Shown: piece by piece, positions 12,266 to 24,530 of the stretch
Numbering within the stretch: the first letter of the stretch is position 1
Layout: every line of letters begins with the position of its first letter
Origin: Octopus vulgaris
Lineage: Eukaryota
DNA length: 64,000 bases
Direction: 5' to 3'
Assembly: GCA_951406725.2 (NCBI GenBank)
Contig: OX597815.1
Span: 57,350,001-57,414,000 of the forward strand
The notes under the pieces: generated by a model
Databases searched by the model: none
The model's input: only the letters and a program-made list of their open reading frames with translations
Told to the model about the DNA's origin: nothing
Position numbers and translations under genes: made by a program

Positions 12266-13639
12266 GTAAGTTATTCAAAATATGCATACATTAAAGTTAA
12301 ATAGAAAGTGTAAGCATATAAACGTGAAGGTTCTTCCACTACAAGTAATAAATCATCAAGCATTAAAAGAATGAAGATTGTAGTACTGAGTTGAAGTTGC
12401 AACAAATGCACCACTTTTCCTAATCACAAGGTTACCCCCAGCTTGTTGTCGGTGCACTCCCACCACTGAGTTATAGCCATCAGCTACATCACCTCACACT
12501 TACCCTGCACTCACCCACCTGTTAATTGAAGTTCCATATCCTGCCACTTCACCAACCACCCCATCAACCACTAATTGAACAGTAGCATACTCCAATTCCA
12601 TGGTGGTAGAGAGGCTTGACAACTTTGGAAATGACTCATTTCAACCTGGAAAGACCAGGAATGTTGGTTTAGTGATACTAACTGATCCAAACTTTGCTGA
12701 CAACATCACTTTTCTATCAAATGAAATCACAGATATCCAGATCATTCTGTCAAAAAGATTGGGCTACACCTCAGTGCCAAGAAAACAGAATACATAGTCT
12801 CTACTATTCAGGATTGTTGAAGGTGTGCTGTTCAAGCAAGTTTCTTACTTAAAGAATCTTGCATCATTCATGGTGGAATCAAGGAGCACAGAAGCTTCAC
12901 ATGAAAGGAATTCAATGATATGTACTGCAACCTCTTTAGACAACTCAAGAAAAGAACATTTATTTGGCAGTAGTCTCATCTGTCCTTCAAGAATTTAAAA
13001 GTTGGGATCATTATTAAGTTCATAATTAAGTTTCTTGATGACTGTTACATTCAGATGCTCAAGATAGATTGTCAATATTGGCTAAATGCGGAAAGTGATC
13101 AATGAATAATTTTAACCAACGAGAGGCAGGAAGATGGTTGTATCTTTGCAGACAAAGCCTGCAATACCCACAGTTGTCAGCTAGGTCACCATCTGTGAGT
13201 CAGCCCATGAGGAGTTTTACCATAGCTGTCCTTCTGAAGCCAAGGGAGGACATTGGTTGTGTGTCTCCTGATGAACTTATAGCATTGATGATGGAACACT
13301 ATATGTGAGATGTTTACTATCTGATGCAAGCTGTTGTCCATTAATGAGTAGTTGTGATAGGCACAATGGAGTTGGTGGCAGCAATGAAGTTATAATAATT
13401 TATGAATATAATAGATTAACATTTTGAAAATTTTAGGACAATAAAAATAAGTAAAAAGTGAAAATTTTACCAGTGAGTGTGTTACATAATAAGGCACAAA
13501 AAGAAAATGACTCTCCCCAGACACAACAGAATAGAGTAACACTTATCTATTTATTATAAATTCAGAAAACTCTTTAATAGGCATAATTTGAAGATTAGTT
13601 TTAGTCCCACCCCTAACTTTAAAAAATTTAAGCCCACAA

Positions 13640-13950
13640 ATATACACTATCCAGCAAAGCTAGCTGTTCTTTTAGAAATAGAAATTTGTGCATACTGAGC
13701 AAATACTGTAAGTCTGAGTCAATAATATGCAAAGCATCTGTTAGAGGAACCAATGCAGACAGCACCATCTGCATACAGAAGACAACTTTAAAGTAAGATA
13801 TAACAACCATACTACTACATTTAGAAACTGGAACCTATGTAACACCTCAAAGCTCTTCAGTTGTATATGGGATTTGAAAGAGAGGTACACCAACTATTCC
13901 ATCAACTGGAAGATACTAAAAAGAGGCAAGCTCAATGCTAAAAATAGTAG
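13640..13950 (+). mobile_element. Penelope-like GIY-YIG endonuclease remnant (continues at 15653-15715)
   Basis: Broken translation FKVRYNNHTTTF...IWDLKE...YSINWKILKR, resuming after the CR1 insertion as SRKCGLCYAERWLILEN; typical PLE endonuclease C-terminus. Confidence 0.55.
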
Positions 13951-15652
13951 TTGAGGATCCTTATCAACAGAGTCAATTATTTGCCGAGGCTTTTTCAACT
14001 ATTTTCAAACAAGATGATGGTCGTGAAACCCCTCCATTTGATAGATCGGTACCTCCAATGCTTCGATTGGTCATCACACGGGACGAAGTCAAACGTGTTA
14101 TTCAAGGCCTCGATGTCAACAAGGGTCACTGCCCTGACGGCATACACCCACGGGTTATCAAAGCGTTTGCTCCGGTCATCTGCAAGCCCTTAACACGACT
14201 ATTCAATATGTCATTGGCGACGGGTGTTATACCTGCAGACTGGAGAACAGCGATAATCTGCCCAATTTTCAAGAAAGGGAGCCGCGAAGACCCGCTTAAC
14301 TACCGACCGGTTTCCCTTACATCAATAATCAGCAAGATGTTCGAAACCATCCTTAAGAAAAGTATGATGCTCCACCTCCTAAACACAGCCTCGATCACTG
14401 ATTCCCGACACGGCTTCGTGCCGAAGAGATCATGCTTGACCAACTTACTAGTAATGGAAGAATTGGTGACGCGCATCCTCGATGATAGTGATGCTGTTGA
14501 CATCGTTTTATTGGACTTTGCCAAAGCTTTTGACTCGGTAAACCACCGCCTACTACTTGTCAAGCTTCAAGCATATAGTTTCCATCCGGATATTGTACGA
14601 TGGGTTGGTGCCTTCCTCTCAGATCGCTCCTTCCAAGTTCAAGTTAATGGTTCGCGGTCCGACGTCTCCAGTGCGAGCAGTGGCGTGCCTCAAGGTTCAG
14701 TGCTTGGGCCCTTGTTGTTCTTAGTCTTCATAAATGACTTGCCCGACGACCTCACGCAACACACCCTTCTATTTGCAGACGATATCAAACTGGTCGCTCC
14801 TCGCGGTAGTATAGAGGATCTTCGTCGATGCCTCCACCAAATTTGGAAGTGGTCTAACGATTGGGACCTGTGTCTGAACGTGTCAAAGTGCTGTCATCTG
14901 CCTGTCGGCTCTACTCCTGCAACTCAACTTGATTTCGAGCCGGGTCGTCTGCTGCTGGAGAGGACCGATCAGGTAAAGGACCTGGGTATCTTGGTGGATT
15001 CCTCCTTTTCGCCTTCGGCCCAGTGCGTCCCTGCTGCCAACAAAGCGCGCGGAATTCTGTTTTTGATTCGACGGTCATTCGGAATGCTCACAGCAGCCAT
15101 ATTCCTACCACTCTATGTCACGCTGGTGAGACCCATATTGGAGTATGGGATTCAAGCCTCTTCTCCTTATCTCCTCAAAGACATACAGCATCTCGAAAGA
15201 GTCCAGAGGCTGGCTACCCACATGGTTCATGGTCTCAAAAATTTGTCCTACGAAGAAAGGCTGAGGATGCTCGACCTTTATTCTCTTGAAAAACGCCGCC
15301 GCCGTGGTGATCTCATTCTCGCCCACAACATCATAAGCGGGAAGTGTAACCTCTCGAAAGAGCTGTTCTTCACTCCTGCTCCGGAGCGTCGGCTGCGGGG
15401 TCATTCCGAAAAGCTCTACCTGCGACGATTTCCTCTCAATCGAAGGAGAGGAGCTTTCTCCGTCCGGGTTGCGGATCCGTGGAACAAGCTGCCAGACGAG
15501 ATGGTGAAGATGCCGACGACTGCTTTGTTCAAGATGCCTGGACCTCAAGTGGCCTGAACTCTTTACATGAACACCACCCTGTACTTAACTCCATGTCCCC
15601 CTACATGGCCTTGCTATTTGCTTTTGAGCCAAATTAACTAACTAACTAACTA
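13951..15652 (+). mobile_element. Young 5'-truncated CR1/L2-group LINE with an open RT frame
   Basis: 540-aa ORF with NYRPVSLTS, LDFAKAFDSV, GVPQGSVLGPLLF, LFADD and LEKRRRRGDLI; (TAAC)n tail; 5-bp TSD AGTAG at 13946-13950 and 15653-15657. Confidence 0.9.
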
Positions 15653-15729
15653 AGTAGAAAGTGTGGGCTCTGTTATGCAGAAAGGTGGCTTATTCTTGAA
15701 AACTCATTGCACCCTAATACCTGTTTAAA

Positions 15730-16075
15730 TGCCAAGCACCAAAGACAGTGGGTAGGGAAAAGAGAAACACCAGCAGCCCAGGCTAAGGAAGGTGTTGTTA
15801 TCTGTTTGATGGGATATGACAGGTTTGGTCAACTTTGAACGTTTAAATCCAAACCAAACAATGACTAAGGAGATCTATTGTGAGCAGCTTAAGTTAGCAC
15901 TAGAAGAAAAATGACTATCTTTGGTTTCACTACAAAAGGTGTTCTTCCATCAGGATAATGCTTGGCTACATACAGCGAGAATGACATTCCTAAGGCTGGA
16001 GGAGTTTGAATGGAAAACGATACCCCACCCACCATATTTGCCAGACATTGCCCAACTGATTATCATTTATTTAGA
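15730..16075 (+). mobile_element. Mariner transposase remnant
   Basis: Broken translation with HQDNA and PHPPYLPDIA...YHLF; related to the copy at 36173-36720. Confidence 0.7.
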
Positions 16076-16469
16076 TTAAAAAAGAACTTTATCTTAATTT
16101 TGAAAAATAAAAGAAGTATAAAAAAAACTGCATCTTTAGTAGTGACTATTCCATTGATGGATTGTTTGACTAAGACTTGATTGTCAGTATATATTTACAA
16201 TAAGAATCTATGGCTGATTCAGCAAAATGCTTATGTGAAAATTATAAAATAACAAAGATGGCTCTATGTAATATAAAACTAAAAAGGAAAAATTCAACTG
16301 TCACTAATTGTGACAGGGTGCAGGGTGGCACCTACATTACTACAAATAAGAAATAAAAACTCCTTAGAACTGCAAGGGATTAGAAAGATAAAATAGTGTA
16401 AATTCATCTAATGAATTATATCAGCAATAATAAAAAGAAAATACAGCAAAATATTGGCTACCCACATTG

Positions 16470-17722
16470 TGTGAGCAGTGTTCATTAAAGATTTCCCTTG
16501 ATCCATTGCCAGTTATTGGAGGAAACACAATTTGTACAGGTATAATGTCACATTGTAAATTGCAGCTTTCCACTAGTATTCGTTTGCTGTTTACAGCTGC
16601 TGAATTGGACTAAGATGTTATAATGGAGGTAGTTGAATGTCGATCAGTGATCAGGTTCTTATACTTAAAAGGTCGTACACCAAAAGAGACTTTTAATGAG
16701 AGGAAAGAAGTTTATGGTGACAATGCACCATCATATGATGTAATCAAGCACTGACATCACCAGTTCTAACGTAGTCAGACATTTGAACTGCTCCTATTCC
16801 TGGATGACTACATTATGCCATTGGTGACACCATCCATAAAGTAGAAGCTGCCATTTTGGAGGATTGCCACATAACTATTCAGCAATAAGTCCAAGAGGTG
16901 AAGATAAGTGAAGGGTCTGTGGAAAAAAATCATTCACAACCATTTGCACATGCCAAAGTTGCCTGCATGATGGATTCTCCTGATACTCACACCCTTTCAG
17001 AAGCAAGAACAAGTCAATTGCTCCCAGGCTCTTTTGGCAATGTGCCAAGAAAATGAGGAGGATTTTTTCAGCAGACTTATCATACAGGATGAAACACAGG
17101 TCCATCACTATAATCCTGAGACTAAAGTCCAGTTGAAGCAATAGGAGCGTGATAACTCACCATCTCCAAAGAAGGCTCGTGTTCCACCCCCAGCGGGCAA
17201 GGTGATGCTCACAGTCTTTTGGGACCAGCGTGGAGTAGTGATGATGGATTTTCTGGCAAAGGGCACCACAATTAATGGGGCATATTGTACTTCTCTGTTG
17301 CAGAAATTGCATGTCACCATCAAAGCTGAGAGGCATGGCATGCTGACCAAAGGCACCAACCCAGTTCACAATGTGCATGCTGCCCAGATGAAAGCACACT
17401 CCTGTGGCTATGAAATCCTTCCTCATCCTCCTTACTTTTCCAACCTCACACCATCTGATTTTCATCTCTTTCCATGAAGTCTTTTTTGAAGGGGAAGCAC
17501 TTTTTGGAGGATGATGAACTTATTTCCGCAGTAAAGTCTTGGCTCCAGATGCAACCTACCGACTTCTACAGACAAGGTCTTCACAGCTACATAAAGCAAT
17601 GGGAGAAGTGTGTCACCATTGGTAGTGTCTATGTAGAGAAGGACTAATAATTATGCCAAATTTCATTTATCCCAGTTCTTGGGAAGTGGGTCAGGGGAAA
17701 TCTTTAATGAACACCCCTCATA
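16470..17722 (+). mobile_element. Full-length but decayed mariner element
   Basis: ~35-bp TIRs (tgtgagcagtgttcattaaagatttccc / gggaaatctttaatgaacacccctcata); transposase remnants FWDQRGVVMMDFL and PHPPYFSNLTPSDFHLF; ~1.25 kb. Confidence 0.85.
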
Positions 17723-18151
17723 ACTTTCAAGACAATGTGTTGACACTAAATAAACACTACTTCAAAGTATTTTAAAGTAATGCTTTAAATTACTTAACAA
17801 TTTGTTTACATATCTGTGTATGTGATTTTTCTTGTATTTACTGTTTATCTATCTGTGGATGTGAATTTTTGTGTATACACAGATAATATATGTGTGAGTG
17901 TGGATGTAATGTATACAGTTTGAGTATTTATTTGTTATTTGTAGGTGTTTCGCTGTTTGCTTATACTTTGGTATATGGATACCTTGTCATAGCATACAAT
18001 GAATTATTATCAGTCAGATTGTTGCCATTGCAAACCCTTGTCGTGGATTCAGAACTTTACATAAAATATTAATAAATTTTACTAGAATATACAATCTAAA
18101 CCATAATATATTAATTATCCAGGTGAATTCAAATCTGTTTTTCTTCACCAG

Positions 18152-18220
18152 GTTCAGCTACAAGTCCTGATGTTTATGGTTATACTAGATTTCCATCAGT
18201 TGAAGAATCTCGTCCATCAG
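18152..18220 (+). CDS. MAP3K4: MAP3K4 coding exon (GSATSPDVYGYTRFPSVEESRPS)
   Basis: Pyrimidine tract ttttcttcaccAG and GTttgt donor; 69 nt, phase 1-1, open and in frame with the upstream exon; Ser/Pro-rich linker, so homology is not checkable by eye. Confidence 0.7.
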
Positions 18221-19546
18221 GTTTGTTCAGATTTTTTAAAATTATATTGAATTTACTTATCGATTGTTCAGTTTAGTTTTGCAGTAAGTTGTCTGCTTTC
18301 TATTAACTTCAGAATGTCTTGTGTCATATTTTATGTCATGTATTTGATGTGATAATAAAAATATACCACCACTTAATTTTAATTATTTGCTAAATGCCTT
18401 TTCTTGTATCTGAAGAGGAATGGCATTGCTTGTAGCTTATAAGGAAAAGGTAGGCATATCTCAGATCTGAAAGCTAGGTATTTAGGAAGATTATGATGGT
18501 TAACATGTGTATTGGAGTATTGCACTAGACATCAAATAACACATGATATTTAAAAGAGATGACGAAATATAGTATTTGGTATGCCATGAGTTTGGTAGAC
18601 AAACACAATGGTAATGAAGAGATGTAACTGAAAATGGGTACAGAAAAATAAATTTGAAAAGTAGTCAGTTACAACTACAGGATAAGACAGAAATCAACTT
18701 TACAAGAGGCTGCTAAGATTTTTCATTGATAAAGGTGCAAGCATCTCTATATGGTTAAGTTATACAAGTATGGCTGTATGGTTAACAGGTACAGGTAAGG
18801 TTGAGGGGTTAAATTCATTTTACAACTATAAGGTTTTGGATTCAGTCCCACTGTATGGTATTTTGGGCCAGTGCTGTTTTGTACAGCCTCACTTTGACCA
18901 ATGTGTTGATAGAAACTGTACAAAACCCACCAAATATGTATATGTGATTGAAGATATGCACATGTGCATCTGTGTAAATATTGACATTTTTACTTGTATG
19001 AAAAATCCCTGAACAAAAGATGGTCTTATTGACATTTCCTGACAACAAATCCCTGTCAACTGCACTTCTAAACCAGGTAAAAGTTAGTGACTGGAAGAAC
19101 ATCTAGTTGCAAAGCATTGCCTCAGTACTATGTACTTCTCAAGCATATGATACCATTGAAAAATGGACATAAACTGAAGAATATCATTTAATAATCAGTT
19201 TCACAACTTTTAAATGTGAATTTTGGTGCCAGGATTTGTAGAATATCATATAATTGATATGAAATAAGTATGCTTAACATTGAAGTACTGCTCATATATA
19301 TGTGCGTGTGTGTGTGTGCATAATAATAATATTAGGGAGTATAACTCCAAACTTACAGGGAAAAATTTAGTATTAAATCAAATTTCACAATATAGATATA
19401 TAGAATATAAAACCACTATTATGCAACTCAAACAGTGATAGACATAAACCAAAACATAAATAACAAATAATATATATTTTTATAAAACATATATCTAGAT
19501 CTCAAAAAGTATAAAAATGAATGATCAATATATAATAAGTAAAAAA

Positions 19547-19647
19547 ACTACATACGTTTCATGACTACAATTAAATTCGAATTACAATTAAGTTTAAATT
19601 CAATTGAAATAAATTCAATTTAAAATTATAGTCAATCTTCAGGTTAA
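19547..19647 (-). ncRNA. Hammerhead ribozyme motif with long AT-rich stem II
   Basis: Minus strand: taac-CTGAAGA-ttgactataatt...aattgtagtcat-GAAA-cgtatg-TA-gttt; same design as 3926-4016. Confidence 0.55.
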
Positions 19648-19679
19648 TGATAATAGATGTACACACATGTCGTCATCGT

Positions 19680-20058
19680 CATGCCACTCTGTTGGTTACA
19701 ACGACGAGGATTCTAGTTGATCCAATCAACAGAACAACCTGCTCATGAAATTAGCATGCAAGTGGCTGAGCACTCCACAGACACATGTACCCTTAACATA
19801 GTTATTGGGGAGATTCAGCATGACACAGAATGTGACAAGGCTGGCCCTTCGAAATACAGGTACAACAAACATGAAGAAAGAGTGAGAGAAAGTTGTGGTG
19901 AAAGAGTACAGCAGGGATCACCACCACCCCCTGCCGGAACCTCGTGGAGCTTTAGGTGTTTTCACTCAATAAACTCTCACAACGCCCGGTCTGGGAATCG
20001 AAACCACAATCCTACGACTGCGAGTCTGCTGCCCTAACCACTGGGCCATTGCACCTCC
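19680..20058 (-). mobile_element. SINE family 1, second copy
   Basis: Reverse complement of 2318-2690. Confidence 0.75.
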
Positions 20059-20466
20059 ACACACACATGTACATATATGTATGTGTGCGCAAGTGTGGAT
20101 CTGTATGTGTGTATATATACACATATATGAGCACAGGGTTATAAACATATGCTCATGGGTGGGCAGGTACGCATGTGTGTATATATTTGTGTAAGTGCAT
20201 ACATATATACTTGTGCGCGTATGTGTGTACATGTGTGCGAGTCTGAGTGTATGGGTACATGCATGTGTGTTTGTACTAGTGAAAGTGTGTGCCTATATAT
20301 GTGTGGGCTGGTGTATGCATAGATGTGTGTGTGCGTATCTGTGTGTGTGTACATGTATATGTGGGAGTATGTATATGTGCATATATCTGTGTATATGTAT
20401 GTGCATATATGTATGATTAAATTTAAATACACACACGTACACATAGACATATATTATTTTACATAG

Positions 20467-20529
20467 GAATTCAGACAGAACAATTTAAGAGACCGTTGTG
20501 CAAATACGCTTCCCTAGAAACACTAGAGG
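20467..20529 (+). CDS. MAP3K4: Candidate MAP3K4 linker exon (GIQTEQFKRPLCKYASLETLE)
   Basis: ttttacatAG and GTaaac; 63 nt, open, phase 1-1, compatible with its neighbours; no homology support. Confidence 0.45.
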
Positions 20530-20643
20530 GTAAACAATAATTCAAAATTCCACTGACCAACCGTATTAAACTGGCCAATATAGGTCTGTTTCATATCATT
20601 CTTACAGGTGATGAGTTAAAAATTGTAAATATGTGTGTGTGTA

Positions 20644-21000
20644 TCTCTATATATATAAAACTGAGAATGTGTGTGCCTGTCTGTCTGTCTGTGTGTTTCC
20701 CTAAAACCTGAGAACTACACAACCAATTTCATTCAAATTTTACACATGCCTTACTTAGGGTCCATGTAGTTTCATGGGCAAAAAAAATGTTCAACTTCTT
20801 ACCTAGAGCGAGCTCATAGCAATATCATATCTTCTCCACTATTTCAGTATTACGTGTTAAAAGTGAAACAAAAACATTTCTCTATTTTATGCCAGATACT
20901 TTCACTGTAACAATAAAAATAATAATAACAATTGAATTATATGTAGTAAGTAATAATTAAAATCAAACTAAAGTATAATATAATTGTAACATAACAAAAG
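20644..21000 (+). mobile_element. Possible non-autonomous Helitron 5' portion
   Basis: A|TC...tatatataaaactgagaatgtgtgtg...ctgtctgtctgt start resembles Helitron 5' ends; no 3' hairpin-CTRR end found. Confidence 0.4.
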
Positions 21001-21079
21001 TAAAAATAGCAATTGGTAAAAAATTGCATCAATGACTTGAACTTGAATAAGTGGTTTCACATGAATGGAAATAATTTTA

Positions 21080-21208
21080 AAATAAAATTAACGTGCAGGA
21101 ATGGAATAGTCCAGATGGATAATAAAAAATTAAATTAAAGAAAAGACTATTGTCTATAAAGTATACAATGTAGAGAAAAAAGAAGATTTGAACACCTGGA
21201 GGAAATCA
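21080..21208 (+). pseudogene. Decayed ORF1 of an older Tx1-like retroelement, left half (host of the insertions)
   Basis: NKINVQE...IKEKTIVYKVYNVEK/RRFEHLEES aligns with KKINVED...EKRRIIYKTFN of the ORF1 at 23202. Confidence 0.6.
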
Positions 21209-22976
21209 TTTTTTTGCGTGTTGTTATCTGTGATTAGAAGTTGAAATTTTGTTGTGTAAAGTGATTAATATCGCGCGAGGCGTTTGCCTCCACGTTTGGA
21301 AACCTTCAGAAGAAGGTGAATTGACCCTCTAGTCATGGCGACTTACGCGGGGGTCACGGGAAAGAAAAATAATGATTCGTCGATAATCGTGAAGGATGTT
21401 TTCTTTGAGAAAAGTAAAATCAAAGAATATGAAAAGCTATTCAAAAGGGAGGGTGATAGCGTGAAGCTAATCCCCCCGCGAAAGCAAAGGAGGACAAGGA
21501 AAACAAAACTGTAACGTATAGAACCCAGGACAAAAGTACAAAGAAACTGGCAAGAGTGGAGATAGCAGAGATCGAAAAATGTCTGGGAGACATAATGGAT
21601 AAATCGACCTACGTGAGTAGAGGAAAAAAATTTGGTACGGTGGAGGTGAGATGTGCAACGGAAGAAATTGCAGCCTCACTGGCTACCACTGTTCTAAGAG
21701 CGGAAACATTTATAATGTGGCCCTCATACAAGGGAAGAAGAGGGGTCCGGGTTAAAATCCCGAATATACCCCCAGAAGTAAAAACAGAATGGCTGGCAAC
21801 AGCTATTCTAGGAGCAGCAGAAGAGGAAGTGGAGGTGGAATCCTTTAAGGAGTCCAACGCAGTAAATTGGAGAGGATATGGGGTAGAACTGTGTTTGATG
21901 GCCACAAAAGAGGACATTGAAAGGTTCCCCTATAGAATAGAAATCGAAGACGAGAAAACCCTCAGTGTAATTGTAGAGGGAAGAAAGCCAAACTGCTACT
22001 TGTGCGGGACAAGGGGGCACATTAAAAAAGAGTGCCCGTTATATGAATTCATGGCGGAGTATGAGAAGGAAAATGAAGAAAAGAAGAATACGGTAAATGA
22101 AAAAGAAAACATAGAAAAGGAGACAAAACAACAAGAGAAAGGAAATAATAAGTCAACGAAGGAAAAAGAAATAAAAGAAAAGAAAGAAATAGAACCAAAA
22201 CAGAGTCAGGAAAAGAAAAAGGAAAAAGAAATAACAGGAAAAAAACAAGAGAGAGAACAGAACCAAACGAAAAGAAAAGACGGCACACAAAAGAAAAAGA
22301 AAAGGAACATAAAACACGAGAGAAAGAGAGAACAGACAAAGAACCAAAAAGACAAGAGAAGGAAGAAGAAAGAAAAGAAGGCAAAAAGAGAGAAAGAGAG
22401 AAACAAAGAGAGGAGAACAAGGAAGAAATAAGCCCGAAAAGAAAAACGAGAGAAAACGTAGGACGGAAACAAGATTACTACAAGTTAATAACCTTCCATT
22501 TCAGCCCCGAAATGAAGGAATTGACATGTAGTATGGAGGGACATGTGTGGGTCAACAGGATGACTGATCAGTGGCAGGAGACTGCTCTGATCCCCGAAGA
22601 AAGAGTCGCTGAGTTCCTCAGAGCAGCTGGAGAGAGTGTAATTTTTTACACGGGTGTTCGAGTGAAAGAGCGGCTGCCTGAGGGCTCAGTGATTGACTTT
22701 AGAGACTTGAAAAGTATTATGGAATACGTGTGAGATTGTGAGAGGAGAGAGAAGAAAGAAGAAAAAAAAGAAAAAAAAAATTGTGAACTATATGTGACGA
22801 AAATGTAACCTCTCGATTCCGGGGATCGAGTGGGCATTTGCATCTCATTGTAAATATTCTTTCATTTGTCATTTTTATTTTTATTTTTTCCCTTCTTGTC
22901 ATTTCGCTTTCTTATTTTAAGTTCCCCGATTGTATTGTCCCCTCTATGTTCGCCCCTTGTGGGTAGTAATAAAATC
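21209..22976 (+). mobile_element. ORF1-only non-autonomous non-LTR element (half-LINE, element A)
   Basis: ATG at 21335; gag-like ORF1 (21556..22431) with CCHC knuckle CYLCGTRGHIKKEC and a Lys/Glu-rich tract; no ORF2; 3' tail and TTTGCGTGT 5' end shared with element B; bounded by 15-bp target duplications. Confidence 0.8.
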
Positions 22977-23201
22977 ACCTGGAGGAAAGCAATTTGCGTG
23001 TATAGTAAGTTATTATATTTTGCCATCGTATTTATTCTCTCCGTTATAATCTACTGTGTGTCTACCTGCTTTGTTTATTGCTGTACAACTGTTGAAGTCA
23101 GCCTTCGTGCGAGGACTTCGTAGTGGTGTTCCCCCCTCCATGGGGGAAAAAATATCATTTATCTGGGATTTACCAAGGGCTTGTTAAGCCAGTTGTTCGA
23201 G

Positions 23202-24521
23202 ATGGAATCCCCCATCTCATATTCTCCCGTGACTAGTGAAGAAGAATCTCCGGCGGTGTCGCCAAAGAAAAAAGAGGCGGTGGCGCCAAAGAAAAAGGAA
23301 ACCCCTGCACCAGCACCAGCACCAGCGAAAAAATTCTCAGAAGTAGCTGGTAAGAAAATCAAAAAAATAAACGTAGAAGACTTAAAGAAATATGTGGACT
23401 GTGTTACAAAAGAGGGCACGGAAGTGACAGTGGTCTCAAACGCCCAAAAACATGAGGAAATCGAAAAAAGAAGAATAATCTATAAGACCTTTAATACGAC
23501 AACCAAAATGATACAAAAAATTGAGGAAAAAAATCGAGAATTGTTTAAAACCATTAATGGACAAGATCACATACATCAACAGAGGAAAGAGATACGGCAC
23601 AGTAGAGGTGCGTTTCACAACAGAGGAGATAGCAAAAAAACTGTCGATGGAGCCAAAAAAAGCGGAGAACATTGTTCTCCTCCCCTTGTATAGAGGAAAA
23701 AGAACATCGAAAATCACGATTAATAACATTCCGCCAGAGGCAGATGCCGAATGTCTGGTGGCAGCAGTCATGGTAGGCCTGGAGGAAAAAATAAACATCC
23801 TCCAGGCCACAGTAGAGGAGGAGGAATTCTGGAAAGGGCAGCGGATTATAATAGCCATTCAGGCAGAAATTCAAACACTGGAGGAGATTCCAGAAACGCT
23901 AAAAATAAGTGAAGACGATAGAATAACAGTTTTCATTGAGGGCAGAAAGCCGAGGTGCTTCGGCTGCGGCAAGAAGGGTCATGTAAGGGCGGAATGCCAA
24001 CCCCAACCCAAACCGCAGGAAGCACCTCAGCCAGGTGAAAAAGAAGATGAAGTGTCACCAGAAGCAGCGCCGGGCGGCCCAGAGGGACGACTGAAGGTGT
24101 GGAGGTGACAGAGGCAGCAGAACCAGCGGCAGAGGAAAAAAAGAGCAATGAGGAGGGGTGGTCAAAAATCACCAGAAAAAAAAGAAAAACGGAAACCACC
24201 CCTCCCAGAGTGATCCAAAAGAAGAAAAGAGAATCGATGAACTCATATATGGCCGTTAAGGCATCAAACAACAGACTCGGGAACGTGTTGGCAGCTATGG
24301 CCAAAGTGGAAAAAATAGGAAAAGAGAATGACTATATAGTTTACAGAGTAGGCCGGAAGGATTACGGGCGGATAAAGTCCGAATTCTTTCATGACGTAGG
24401 CCCGCTCAGAATGGATTTAACATCTCCATATATATTCGAGGGCCTACGTCAGACTCCCCCACGAGGCCCAGAAAAAGAGATAAACAAAGAAGAAAAAGAA
24501 AAAACCGAACCACTGATATAA
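23202..24521 (+). pseudogene. LINE ORF1 (nucleic-acid binding, CCHC zinc knuckle), two frameshifts
   Basis: Split over ORFs 23181..23693, 23521..24108 and 24099..24521; RKPRCFGCGKKGHVRAEC. Confidence 0.85.
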
Positions 24522-24530
24522 AGGTAAGTA

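Noticed and set aside
12600-13100. Faint RT-like remnant (FADNITFLS)
   Set aside because: Too decayed to assign a family or boundaries without a search.
18405-18485. CTGAAGA...GAAAgctaggTA hammerhead-like string
   Set aside because: No convincing stem I or stem II pairing.
20608-20624. Possible micro-exon after cttacAG
   Set aside because: The nearest GT gives 17 nt, which breaks phase with the next confident exon.
21191-21208. Loose resemblance of the target (ACCTGG-AGG...ACCAT) to the 5' end of U1 snRNA
   Set aside because: Only a short gapped match with no other U1 sequence around it; the flanks translate as retroelement ORF1. Kept only as an alternative to test.
22049-22472. Minus-strand F/S/L-rich ORFs resembling membrane proteins
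   Set aside because: They are antisense shadows of the purine-rich Lys/Glu tract of element A ORF1.
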